Shown here piece after piece: positions 1 to 11,156 of a DNA stretch of 41,189 bases. The stretch is from Catajapyx aquilonaris (Eukaryota). The notes below the pieces were generated by a model. It worked only from the letters and a program-made list of their open reading frames with translations. It ran no database searches and was not told where the DNA came from. How positions within the stretch are numbered: position 1 is the first letter of the stretch; each line of letters begins with the position of its first letter. Where the stretch lies: contig JYFJ02003530.1 of NCBI GenBank assembly GCA_000934665.2, positions 1 through 41,189 of the forward strand. Direction: 5' to 3'. A program made the position numbers and the translations under genes.

Positions 1-915
1 ATCAATTTCTGAAAAAATCCACTTGCGATAAATATTTTTTAATTTTGTGCTAGATTTTTTGTAATTAATGTCATAACTGTTTTTGGGTTTGTGCGGCTCC
101 TCAGGTTCATTATCAACATTTACATCCCGCTAAGTAAGAAATAAACAGAGTGGCAGCAATTTTTACCAGACCCCACAGAAATTCACTGTCCAAGGTATAA
201 TCGTATTTATTTCAGTTGTTAACTGTCAAATGAACTTCAAATTTGGTATCCTCCTAGCTCAATTGTTACTATTCATAATTATCCATTCTAAAGTCCAGAT
301 AATCTTAATGGAAACTTTTTATCACATCCTGTGTATAACCCCACCACTCCATTTTTTGGGGGTGTCCCAATATTTTCAGATCAGGGCAAGTACTTCTGCC
401 ATAAATGACCGAAAAGGACACTGAATTAATTTCACACGTATGACCTTCAAAGCCCTTTTTCTCAAAACTGTTCTCATGTGGGTTGACTCATTATTGCATA
501 AGACCATCCAAATGTGACTACCTACAGAACTTAGAAATGGAGACATTCCGCTTTTTGTGACTGTCAAAGTCCTCCCTTCAGTTTTAAATTCATAATGACA
601 GATGTGATTAATTATTTGCAAAATATCACAATGCAATTTTGCAAAAAACATAACGTAATTCTGGATAGCTTATTTATGTCAAGTTGAAAAGGGACATGAT
701 GGCCTCCATATCAGATTACCTTGATTACACTCCAAACGTAGCAATAGCTGGTATTGAAAAGCGGCGTACTTAAAAACTTCCCAGGAGCCTCCACCCTTTG
801 GAGCCTTTCCCCTTCCTTCAACTGCAGAGTATGTTCACAATAATCAATGATGCTACGTGTGATATGCCCCTGGTGTGATGAATTCTATCTAGATCATATT
901 ATTGTTGTTATTATA

Positions 916-1903
916 CAGGGTGATTCTCCCGGATGGAAACCCAAACATTCCCCAATAACTTTTTCAATATGGTATGGTTCCCGATAAAAATTGACATAAT
1001 ACTTACCTTGTATCATGCCAAACAAGGTCTGACTAAAGAATATACCAAAAGTGGGGGAGGTGTGGTGGCCGAGATGGTAACATCTCGGCTTGCTGAGTGA
1101 AAGGTCCCAGGTTCGATCCCCGCCTGGGAGTTCCTTTCACCTGCGTAGAGAGGGTCTCTGACCTGCACCTTGGAGGTGTCTGGCAACCTAACCTCCTGGG
1201 GAACAGCATATGACCCATTATTCAGACATTGCACTTGCACCCATGTTCCCTCCCCAAAAAATTCCCATCCTTACCCCATGTCCTTTCATCCTTCCTGGAG
1301 TTAGAAGAAAAATCAGAAAATTGAGGTATTCCACACACCCCCCCCCATAAGAGCCTCTGGCCCTATCAGAGGGTAATGTAAATAAATAAACAAATAAGAA
1401 TACACCAAAAGTGGTCCCCTCCAGCATCCAAGAATTTTTTAAATGCGAGTCTACATATTGCCGAAGACTCCTGCAGATGTGGTGGCGGGGATGGCATCTA
1501 TCTCCCACCTGCCGCGCGCCGTAAGGCATTTTTGAGATCATCCATTGTTCGAGGGTTATTTTTTGTATACAGCGCTTCAACAAACTCCGCGAGGAAAAAA
1601 AAAAGCAACCCATCATACCCCAAAACGAATTGGACTGTTCCTGTGGCCTTGAGATGCCCTCTCACCAAGCAGGTGTTTCACTCCTGCCAAGTCAGTGTCC
1701 ATATCTGCAGGAGTCTTCAGAAATATGCAGACTCACATAAAAACATTCTTGGATGCTGGAGGGGAGCACTTTTGGTATATTCTTTAGTCAGACCTTGTTT
1801 GGCATGATACAAGGTAAGTACATGTCAATTTTCGTAGGGAACCATATCATAGTTAAAAAGTCATTGAGGAATGTTTGGGATTCCATTCGGGAGAATCACC
1901 CTG
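916..1903. mobile_element. Tc1/mariner-type MITE (family A) interrupted by a SINE
   Basis: TA|CAGGGTGATTCTCCC ... GGGAGAATCACCCTG|TA; long inverted arms; same family as 9832-10203. Confidence 0.88.
1055..1395 (+). mobile_element. tRNA-derived SINE, family S1
   Basis: A box TGGCCGAGATGG, B box GGTTCGATCCC, (TAAA)n tail, TSD aagaata(t/c)accaaaagtgg at 1036-1054 and 1396-1414. Confidence 0.9.
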
Positions 1904-1904
1904 T

Positions 1905-1937
<33 letters not shown>

Positions 1938-2314
1938 NCCCCCTGAAGCTCAAAAGGACTTGCAGGCATATGTGACATTTCTTCTGATATGGATGTGACT
2001 CCAATTCTGAAACATATGGTAGTACCCTCAATCACAAGCAAACCAAAATAGTACCTTTATCACCTCTCAAAAGTTCCAAAGCATGTAATGTCCAAGTTTA
2101 AGTAATATGTGCCTTTACATTATCATCACAGACAAACTGTTGCATTTGTGTACTTCACATCAATTACAACATACCGTACTGTATAATACTGCCATTTATC
2201 TTTAAATAAATTAAAAACTTGAACCAGCTCTCAATCATCTTGATATGATGTAGTGTAAGCATAATTTAACATGTAAGCAATGGTCCCATTTTGAATGTGG
2301 TCTACATTGTTATT

Positions 2315-2500
2315 TCATGGCTTGTACCGCTTGCTGTGTCCCTGGATTCCATAGCTGCATTTATTTGCAACATCATCTACTGGCTGAGGTGGAGGAGGTG
2401 CCACTCGCTTCCTGGTTCCAGTAGGAGACAACTGCTTCAGCACTTCCACATCGTTTAATACAACTTGAACACCACCACCAGTTGTAGGCAGCACATCACC
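2315..2500 (-). CDS. KIF23: KIF23 exon 12 (terminal, TGA stop)
   Basis: gactag acceptor; GDVLPTTGGGVQVVLNDVEVLKQLSPTGTRKR...GHSKRYKP*. Confidence 0.93.
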   Translation of the reverse strand, partial: GDVLPTTGGGVQVVLNDVEVLKQLSPTGTRKRVAPPPPQPVDDVANKCSYGIQGHSKRYKP

Positions 2501-2671
2501 CTAGTCACACGAAAACATGTTGAGTCAATGAAATGTCTTTGCTCTTCAAGGCAAAAATTATATACAGCCACATATGAGTTCGAAGGGAACACAATCTACA
2601 GGTTAAGCAGGCTCTTAAGAAACCGTTAAAATGGTCAGTGGAACCAGGCATGAAAGTATCAACAAACCTAC

Positions 2672-2905
2672 CTTGTACAGTGCGGTTTCCAATTCACCAT
2701 CTGTGTCCTGCTCCTGGGTTGTTAAGCAATATTTTGATGTCTTAGTCACATCTTGTAATTCAAGCTTGGTGACTGACTTGCGTTTGCCAAGTCGGGGCTG
2801 AAAGATGGTCCCTGTGTTTAAAGTTTGCTTTGGTCTATGGTCCAGCCACTGATCTGCCTCCACTGAGCGTGAGCGACGATGGCGGGGGTTTGCAACAGCT
2901 GGGAC
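2672..2905 (-). CDS. KIF23: KIF23 exon 11: RRSRS Aurora B/14-3-3 motif and C-terminal Arf6-binding tail
   Basis: tcatcag ... gtaggt; VPAVANPRHRRSRSVEADQWLDHRP...YCLTTQEQDTDGELETALYK. Confidence 0.94.
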
Positions 2906-3324
2906 CTGATGACAATTGAAACCCACATTAGCAACACTTGGCATGACAATGATCAATGGCTTGTCCTTCACTCAACCAATTCCCCAAAAATAAGACACCT
3001 TGTGGAGCTCTCGGGTTATTCTTTGAAAACCTGGGTGAACAATAAATACAGCAATCATTTGGGTAGGATAGTAAAACATCTAGTTTAAGGGCCAATAATA
3101 GCCAACCAAATAACCAGAAATAGCAAGCATGCTGCACAAGGTGTTCAAAACTTAAAAATAACTGTCACTATTACACTACAATGCTCCTCGTTGTTTTGTT
3201 GTAAAAAACTCTGTTATGGACATTTGCCTACTCTTAGATCAACTCTCACTCTTGATAAAGGATTCAATTGTCTGTATGCCTGGTCACGATTCCAGCCACA
3301 CGTCGTACTTTCCGTACTCGCCAA

Positions 3325-3506
3325 CATGAACTTCGACTTAGGGAGACTGAAAATGCAGCAATATGCAATCGTAAGGCCCTGCCTGCACTTCGAGTTATGG
3401 AGAAGTTCGAGTTATAGAAATTCGAGTTAGGGAAGTTTATTTCCTATTATTTTACATTGTGACCAACCAAGCTCATCATTTTCTTCGACTTATAGAGGTT
3501 TTACTG
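3325..3506. mobile_element. Tigger/pogo-like MITE fragment (one end)
   Basis: Repeated TTCGA(C/G)TTA units ending ttcgacttatagaggttttactg|TA; partner TIR not found. Confidence 0.5.
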
Positions 3507-3583
3507 TATTTGGCAGTAAGATCATTATAATGTGGCACTAATCCAATCAGCTTGAAAGACAAACAATAAATCACACAATTTAC

Positions 3584-3760
3584 CCTTTTGGTAGTTCCCA
3601 CTGATAATGTCTTAGGTATGTGTCCTCCCCAACCTGAAGTCCTAGCCTCGTTCAAGTCACTATCCGAACTTGAGAGAGGTTTTCGAGGGCGTGGTGTGAA
3701 TCTGCCTTCCACAGCCTGCTTTACAGCCTTGATGGTCCTCTCTCTCATCTTAATTTGGCT
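3584..3760 (-). CDS. KIF23: KIF23 exon 10
   Basis: ctcttttcag ... gtaaat; SQIKMRERTIKAVKQAVEGRFTPRPRKPLSSSDSDL...GTTKR; 177 nt. Confidence 0.82.
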
Positions 3761-4050
3761 CTGAAAAGAGAAAGTGATGAATAAGACTGTGCTCTTGACC
3801 AGTGGTTCTTCTTAAAGTGTGGGCCATGAACCACTACAGGCTGTGCGAGTTTGCCAATTAGGCTATGAATTTATCAAAAAATTAAATTCTTTATTGCAGT
3901 TTGACTGAGAAATGTAGGGTTAAATGGCCAAAGGGGCTGCAAGATCATTATTGCCCTCTCTACATGGTCAATAAAGTCGAGAAAAACTGCTCTAGACTTG
4001 GGATAACTCGATGAAACTAATCTTACTACTTGGAAACTACTACTACTGAC

Positions 4051-4197
4051 TTGGTGTCTGCGTTCCTGCTCCTGCAAATTGAGTTGGGCCTCCTGCTCTG
4101 CACGCTCCCTCTCTGCTTCAATTTTGGAGGTACACTTGGCTCGCACCTTCTCTTTCTCCAGTTTGGCCTGTGCCACTTGTGACACCTTTTCTTCCAC
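4051..4197 (-). CDS. KIF23: KIF23 exon 9 (coiled coil)
   Basis: ttgcag ... gtcagt; VEEKVSQVAQAKLEKEKVRAK...QEQERRHQ; 147 nt. Confidence 0.87.
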
Positions 4198-4552
4198 CTG
4201 CAAGCAACCATTTTGTATGTGAACTTATCCCTTTCATATTTCTAACAAAGAACAAAAGACATGACGGATGTCAGATGATTCTACTCTACTAAATATGCCA
4301 AGGGACAGCTTCACAAGGTAAATATTTTACACAATCAGACTTATCATGTTCGGAACAAAAAAAAGGTTGGATAATCAGAGGAACAAAACAATACTGGAAT
4401 GAAACACGACATAAAACATGTAAAAAAACTAAATAGTGTACTATGATTTTCTAAGAAATACTGAAGTGTTTATCTTTCACATCTTGAGTCTCCAGCACTG
4501 TATTATAGTTTAACTAAGGCAGCACAAAACAAAATACATATGTAGTACAGTA

Positions 4553-5781
4553 AGGGAGATCGAGGTCAGTTGTAACACTTTAGTTGGGATTTTTAAATTC
4601 AGTTACATATGCATTTAGGTAAAGGTTTATGACATGGTGGAAATATGGCAACATTCCTCTTTGTAAAATCATCATAATAAAATCTTAAAAACTGATAGAT
4701 TTGTAAATATTTTTCCAAGGCAAGGCAGTTACAACCGACCCCATCATAGGGGCGGTTGTAACAGAGGGCGGGGTCGATTGTAACACTATGTCTTCGGGGG
4801 GAAATGTAATATGGAAGAACAGTTTACACCTATTCATCTTCTCGACAATTGTCTTATAGCCTACTTGATCCACCTAGATTACTCTTTACCTCTCGATACA
4901 CTTGATTTTATTCAGCAGATAAGTATTACAAGAAAATTGATTTTTTATTCATATAAATTTTCGACAAGCTGGTTATAAGCTAGGCTTTATTGCACAAAAT
5001 AATAACTATTTATACTCTCAATATCCTGTGAGATATGTAGCTGTAACATCTGTACACAGACTTGACCTTTCCCTCATGATTTTACCATGTTACAACCAGC
5101 CCCAAGGCAGCTGTTACAACCGTCCCCATTGTGTGTTGTCTTGTAGATATGCTTACTACTTTTTAACTGTGCACATGATTTGGTCATCCATACTGTCAGT
5201 GTGACCCCACTAAAGAAACCGTTCTCACTATACCAAGGGCATTTTTTTTAAAAAAAATTATTATTATTATTATTATTTTTAAATGCCCCGTGATAGGGCC
5301 CGAGGCCCTCTTAGGGGGGAAGGGGAGGTTCCCAAGGGAGGGCGCTGTGCAGTAGTCATTTCTGACATTCTTTAAACACCAGGCCTTTTCTTCTGGCCCT
5401 GGGCAGAGTAAGGAGTGCAATTCTGCCCCGGCATGTCAGGTGAAAAGCGGAAAAAGACCCTGCCAAGCAGAGGTGACGGGGACGGGATTTGAACCCCGGC
5501 CTCCCGCTTGGCTGGCCAGTGGCATAACCACCAGACCACCATGCCTCCTACCAAGGGCAATTCAATAACACTTCTACCCCCAGCATAATCACTTAATTAC
5601 TTCCACTCAAAAAAGTTGGGAACGTACAGTGATTTTGGCTTTTTCTTATAGAAAAAAAGGAGTATCCAAAGTTTTGCCTGGCTTAGAAATCTTAGTGACA
5701 CACGTACTGTGTGAGGTTCAGTTTCAGGGCCTTCCAAACGTATTTATTATTGGCGATGTTACAACCGACCCCGATCTCCCT
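4553..5781. mobile_element. Non-autonomous TA-target DNA transposon (pogo-like) containing a SINE
   Basis: TA|AGGGAGATCGAGGTCAGTTGTAAC ... GTTACAACCGACCCCGATCTCCCT|TA; internal GTTACAACCG(A/C/T)CCC repeats in both orientations. Confidence 0.8.
5242..5548 (-). mobile_element. tRNA-derived SINE, family S2
   Basis: Head TGGTCTGGTGG ... GGTTCAAATCCC, (TAA)n tail, TSD taccaagggca (5231-5241, 5549-5559). Confidence 0.88.
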
Positions 5782-5813
5782 TACACTATTTGAATAGAAA
5801 ATCTAGATTAATA

Positions 5814-6207
5814 CAGGGTGGACCAACTTCAAGTGTCGTTTTATATTGGCTATTAATAGAAGCGCTTTACGATTGACGTAGCAGCGACATGTAAAATGGC
5901 CCACTTCGGCGCCATCGAAAATATTAGCTGCCAATAGCAGCACACATGTAATGCATTACAGGTCCATCTGGTGCGATCTGGTGCCTTGGCCGTCACCCAT
6001 TTCACCCAGGCGCATCTCAGGTCATGTGTGCACCTACTTTTTTCCAGGTCAACCCAGCAGCAGGGTTGATTACACCTGAGCTGCTATTGGCAGCTAATAT
6101 TTTCGATGGCGCCGAAGTGGGACATTTTACACGTCGCTGCTACGTCATCGCAAAATCACTGCTATTAATCGCCGTTATAAAACGACACTTGAAGTTGGTC
6201 CACCCTG
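5814..6207. mobile_element. Tc1/mariner-type MITE with ~125-bp TIRs
   Basis: TA|CAGGGTGGACCAACTTCAAGTGTCG ... CGACACTTGAAGTTGGTCCACCCTG|TA. Confidence 0.88.
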
Positions 6208-6484
6208 TATATTGCCGGTGAAAAAAAAAGTGTTATATTTTTCTGTATTAAAGACGACATCCTACCCTTGGCTCCACTTCTTTAGCCAATCTATGTCCAT
6301 AGGTGTTGGGGTAGGTTGCTGTTCTATACACAGGAGCGAGGGAGCAGGACAGTTGGATATGCCGAGGAGTTGGATAATCTGGGTTCTACTGTATTAAAAT
6401 AATGCACTGGCTGCCACTACACTATCAGACAGTAATGTCTTCTAAGCCCTAATCTGTTTAAAGTGTTATTAATTAGAGACGGTA

Positions 6485-6755
6485 GGGCGACAAGGTGACA
6501 TAGTTGTTAGCACGGCAGCCCTCCACCTCTGAGGTCTCGAGTTTGATCCCCGGGTCGAACAGAGGATACTTATGTGGATATAGAGTGTCGATGGGTTCTT
6601 TCTGTGTTTGAGTGGGTTTTCTCGGGGTTCTCTGGTTTCCTCCCACAATCTAAATCTATCACAGCACAGGCAATGATTAAAGACGGTTCATGATAAGATA
6701 ATCCCCTAAGCGCCAAAGAGGCCCAAGGAGGCCTATCATGGGGTATCCATTAATA
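6485..6755 (+). mobile_element. tRNA-derived SINE with V-domain-like core (family S3)
   Basis: Degenerate A/B boxes (TGACATAGTTGTTAG, GAGTTTGATCCCC); core GTGGGTTTTCTCGGGGTTCTCTGGTTTCCTCCCACA; 3' stem-loop like S1/S2. Confidence 0.65.
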
Positions 6756-6806
6756 CCAGTGGTTCACAACCTTTTCGTCATGACGCCCACCATATTTTCA
6801 ACCTAC

Positions 6807-6911
6807 CCGAAGCTGCAGAGCATGGATTAAGTTGTCCTTTTGCTCGTTGGCCTTCTTCAGTTCCAGGATGGCACCCATGTTTGACACGGCTTCTCGCTCC
6901 AGGATATGAAC
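6807..6911 (-). CDS. KIF23: KIF23 exon 8 (coiled coil)
   Basis: attgcag ... gtaggt; VHILEREAVSNMGAILELKKANEQKDNLIHALQLR; 105 nt, phase 0/0. Confidence 0.82.
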
Positions 6912-7689
6912 CTGCAATATGATATTCTTGTGGTCATGCAATCCCACAATCAAACCTCACACTATCCATATTAATCTTGACATGGCACTTCAACTCCTAC
7001 CTTCAGCCTACTCTTAAGGGTAAAGAAAGGCTTTAAATTATGTTAGGAAGAAAGATAGTATTCATCCTATCCAGTATTACATTTCCTGGGATAATTCAAA
7101 GTTATAGAGCAGCGTTTCCTAAACTGTGTTACATAAAACCAGTGCAGGGTTTCCGTGAAAAATCTCAAAAATCAAATTTAAAAGTGACTAATGGAGAGGA
7201 AGCGGTGAAAAAAGTCTCGCCAGTCTAATGTTCTAACAACACTGGGTCCGACAGGATTCATAAAATCTCCGACTACATCGATGATGAGTTAAATGTCTCC
7301 CACAGCCCATTTTGGTTGGATACAACCAAACAAAATATTTTTTTCAATTCACTGGTATAATCCCGATGGAAATTTCTTTCACTACAGCCTTAGAAAATGT
7401 TCATAGTTTCTATGTTCATGAGTTAGTTACGCCACTCGCGTGATATTTTTAATGGCACGACGTCATAGCCCAAAGGTCTCATTTTGTAAACAAACCTAAA
7501 CAAACGCTTACTGCACGAATTCAAATACACATGGCTCCCTGCCTCAAGGTCAAAAATCGAAAAATTTGGTACTGCTGCCGACAGTCTTTTGCGATTGAAT
7601 TGCAAATAGGATGTAATGTGGAGCATGTCTATCTGCACCTACCACATAAGCATCATATCCGTGAACCTAACAGCCTCTTCAAAAATTTG

Positions 7690-7975
7690 ACTGCGCACCG
7701 AAGCAGTTTGGAGGAGGGGATATGGTGCTAATCGGGAGGTCCTGGGATCAAATCCCGGGGCCGGCAACTCTGACCGTGGTTTTCTGTGGTTTCCCACGGT
7801 CCTTCCAGGAAAATTCCGGAGTTGTTTCCGTAATTAATAGGCCACAGCCGCTTCCTTCCGTCCCTATCCTATCCCAAAGAGTGCAGTAAAATGAAAGCAA
7901 AGAGTTCCAGGCAATTAAACAAACTTCCCCCGTAAAGAGCCGATGGCTGATAACGGGCTATGAATTATTAATCAT
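7690..7975 (+). mobile_element. Old tRNA-derived SINE (family S4)
   Basis: B-box-like GGGATCAAATCCC followed by GGTTTTCTGTGGTTTCCC...CCAGG...AGGCCACAGCCGCTTCCTTCC, a core I recognise from arthropod SINEs. Confidence 0.55.
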
Positions 7976-8009
7976 CGTGACCCAGTCTCCCCTACTCACA
8001 AAACTAATA

Positions 8010-8356
8010 TAGGGATGTGCAATTAGTTTTTGGTGCCATTGCATAGTTAATGCGTACTGCGCCTTTAAAGTGTAGAGGGCCAGATGGTAAAATATGAGGT
8101 AAAAATGACAAGTGCAAGGGTGCCGTATCCGGAATCTTACTTTGACGGGATTTGATCACCTATTACACATGGACGATGTGTTACAGACCCAAGGCTGGAT
8201 TGTTAGGAGGCCCTCGAGATGGCTTTTGCTTCTTTAGAGCTGTCGGAACGGAGGTGACGTCATGAAACTTTGACAGTGTTGCATGCATTAACTGTGCAAC
8301 GGCGCTCAAAACTATAAGTCTACCTGGCGATTGGGCGTGAGTTTCCTTTCACCCTG
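8010..8356. mobile_element. Degenerate MITE / inverted repeat
   Basis: tagtttttggtgccattgcatagttaatgc (~8024-8052) is inverted to gcattaactgtgcaacggcgctcaaaacta (~8285-8314); right end CACCCTG|TA. Confidence 0.45.
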
Positions 8357-8396
8357 TAGATAATTCCCCAAGGACTTATTGTACTAGAACATAGCC

Positions 8397-8400
<4 letters not shown>

Positions 8401-8451
<51 letters not shown>

Positions 8452-9500
8452 TGTAATACCCCGTGATGTCCCTTATGGGATCTATAGGGGGGTGGCACAC
8501 CACCATGAGTTTTCTATATATACAGGGTGTCCACAAATGATGGAGTCAAAGTAAAAAAATTCTAGAAAATGCAACAAACAAGGTACAACTCCCGTACATA
8601 TCTCATAGCAAAGAGGAAGGTTGAAAGTTTTTTTTTTTTTTTGACATATCACACCACATGAAATGATTAGTGCTGTGCCATCTAGGAGTTAAAAATAGTG
8701 TTGGCGGAAGAAAAGGCTTGGTGTGTGCTGCAGAGGTTAATGCCACAGCCGCAAGAAGATGCCCTGGATTTCATCTTCCAACAAGATGGAGCGTCTCTGC
8801 ATTTCCATCTCCACGTCCGTGACTACCTGAATCGGCTACTGCCTCAAAGGTGGATCGGGGCGTTCCACTGACAGCGATGCAGTGTTCCGGGCTTGGCCAC
8901 CCCGTTCACTGGATTTGACGCCGTGTGATTTTTTTGTGGGGGTACGTTAAGGATGCAGTGTTTGTGCCACCCCTCCCGAGATCTTCAGCCGAACTGAAGC
9001 ACCACATCACTTCTGTCGTGGCTTCCATAACGCCTGACATGTTACAATGCACCCATTTCCGGTTAAACCCCTGCCGTGTCACCCACGGTGCTCATATCGA
9101 GGGTTGGTATGTGTGCAAAAAAACTTTCAACCTTCCTCTTTGCTATGAGATATGTCTGGGAGTTGTACCTTGTATGTTGCATTTTCTCGCATTTTTTTAC
9201 TTTGGCCCCATCATTTGTGGACACCCTGTATATATATTTCTACTTCGTTCTCCAGTGCAAGGAAACAGGGACATTGGGAAAGGATAGGGATTTTTGGGGA
9301 CGGAACATGGGTGCAAGTGCAAGGTCGGTAAAGGGGTCATGTGCTGTCCCCCAGGAGGTTAGGTTGCCAGACACCTCCTTGGTGCAGGTCAGAGACCCTC
9401 CTGACGCAGGTGAAAGGAAAGTTCCCCAGGCGGGGATCGAACCTGGGGCCTTTCACACAGCAAGCCGAGACGTTACCATCTCGGCCATCTACACCTCTCC
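8401..9500 (-). mobile_element. SINE family S1, split by a Tc1/mariner insertion
   Basis: TSD agaacatagcctatt (8386-8400, 9501-9515); (ATT)n tail 8401-8450; head at 9430-9500. Confidence 0.9.
8523..9228 (+). mobile_element. Internally deleted Tc1/mariner transposon with transposase remnant
   Basis: TA|CAGGGTGTCCACAAATGAT ... ATCATTTGTGGACACCCTG|TA, ~115-bp TIRs; frameshifted FQQDGA...WPPRSLDLTPCDFF/LWGYVKD motifs. Confidence 0.9.
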
Positions 9501-9573
9501 AGAACATAGCCTATTGGTTCTCTCTGTAATGCCACTTTTGTTATCTTTCATGCCATGTTAATGACATTGCATC

Positions 9574-9577
<4 letters not shown>

Positions 9578-9620
<43 letters not shown>

Positions 9621-9630
9621 TCCCTCTCCC
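9578..9630. repeat. (CT)n microsatellite
   Basis: Direct inspection; lies just downstream of the exon 7 donor. Confidence 0.95.
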
Positions 9631-9643
9631 AGGATATACATAC

Positions 9644-9747
9644 CTTATCTCTGTAGTGCATTTCTGCTGCCCTCAAGGACTTGTTTTGTTCTTTCAGAAG
9701 TGTGTTCTGTTGGTCAGCTGCCACCAGCCGAGCTCGAAAGGCATCAA
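9644..9747 (-). CDS. KIF23: KIF23 exon 7 (coiled coil)
   Basis: cattgcag ... gtatgt; DAFRARLVAADQQNTLLKEQNKSLRAAEMHYRDK; phases 1/0 fit. Confidence 0.88.
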
Positions 9748-9831
9748 CTGCAATGAAGCAATTTCACTATAACATCAATCTCTCCCCCTCTCCCCCCCTC
9801 TCTNCTAGGGACTTCAGTGGTTGGTATTGTA

Positions 9832-10203
9832 CAGGGTGATTCTCCCGAATGGAAACCCAAACATTCCTCAATGACTTTTTAACTATGGTATGGTTCCCGA
9901 TGAAAATTGACATGTACTTACCTTGTATCATGCCAAACAAGGTCTGACTAAAGAATATACCAAAAGTGGTCCCCTCCAGCATCCAAGAATTTTTAAATCC
10001 GAGTCTGCAGGAGTCTTCCGCAATATGCAGACTCGGATTTAAAAATTCTTGGATGCTGGAGCGGACCACTTTTGGTGTATTCTTTAGTCAGACCTTGTTT
10101 GGCATGATACAAGGTAAGTACATGTCAATTTTCATCGGGAACCATACCATAGTTAAAAAGTTATTGAGGAATGTTAGGGTTTCCATTCGGGAGAATCACC
10201 CTG
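9832..10203. mobile_element. Near-perfect palindromic MITE (family A deletion derivative)
   Basis: TA TSD; ~175-bp arms with a short loop near 10010-10025. Confidence 0.92.
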
Positions 10204-10244
10204 TATAAGTACCATAAGACAAAAAAAATTAGTATGTTTCAATT

Positions 10245-10493
10245 GAAGGGGTCGGTGCAATACTGCCCTAACCCTCCCAAACCTGATTTTGAGAAAACTG
10301 CAGTTGAAAGTTTGAGAGGCCATATACATCCCATATACCGTGTGACTTATTTCATTTGATTTCTCAGTGACCGATGGCAGAAACAGCACAATTTCAATGG
10401 ATTTTATTAGATACATGCGTGTAGTGTGTAGAAGTGTGTTTAGCTCAATTTGTGTCATTTGGTGGGTTAGGGCGGTATTGCACCGACCCCTTC
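10245..10493. mobile_element. MITE with AATT TSD (Sola-like, tentative)
   Basis: AATT|GAAGGGGTCGGTGCAATAC ... GTATTGCACCGACCCCTTC|AATT. Confidence 0.75.
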
Positions 10494-10538
10494 AATTATA
10501 AAAGCGTCATATCAAAAAACTCTGCCTTATAAAGGTAT

Positions 10539-11156
10539 ATGGCTGGATATTTTCTCTGCCTGGAACTGAATACAGAGCTTCTCCAAGTGAGATTGACTAA
10601 ATTACTATTAGGATATATCAAGAAACTGAAGAAAGCACATAGTCAGTCGCTATCATCACTATCGTTTCACCGTAAATTAATGATGTCCTCCCTGAACACT
10701 AAAAGAACGTCCTGGATCAACCATGTCCAAAAGCAGCTAGCTAAAACCAACACCACGGCAGACCTTGATGATATAGAGCTACACACGTGCCTTACTAAAT
10801 TAGCTGACGACTCCTTACGGACCGACCTTGGAAAAGTGCAAAATACTGCTAGATATACGGAGTTTAAGACATTATATTTTAGTGTGAAAATAATACGTCC
10901 CACCTGTCGTCCCCCCTGCCACTCCCAAATTAAACAAATAATTATCAATATTAAAAACGCGTCCTTGTACTTAAAAACTGGCTCATCCTTCATAGCTCTC
11001 ACACTGACACAAATTGCACATTCTGCAACCAACTTTGACTTGTACCACATTTTATATGATAGCCCCTTATTCTCTACCCCTTGCTCTGCCTTCCTTCACT
11101 CTGTCCCAACAGCTCCAGACCTTAACCCTAATAAGACGGGCGTCTCATATCTGTGA
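10539..11156 (+). pseudogene. Probable degenerate non-LTR retrotransposon ORF2 C-terminus
   Basis: 205-aa ORF with SW...V..L and a decayed zinc-knuckle-like DLYHILYDSPLF (H...CP) typical of LINE 3' ends; antisense in a KIF23 intron. Confidence 0.45.

Noticed and set aside
1055..1130. tRNA genes at SINE heads (also 5470-5548, 35972-36050)
   Set aside because: A/B boxes are present but there is no proper cloverleaf; each continues into a SINE body, tail and TSD.
2906..3030. Alternative upstream acceptor extending KIF23 exon 11
   Set aside because: Reads GTT TTC AAA GAA TAA in the required phase (immediate stop).
9076..9561. Recurring ORFs with AVPQEVRLPDTS / PRRLGCQTPP (also ~1013, 21666, 27848, 34650) as a novel peptide family
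   Set aside because: They are antisense translations of S1 SINE copies with frame-disrupting differences.
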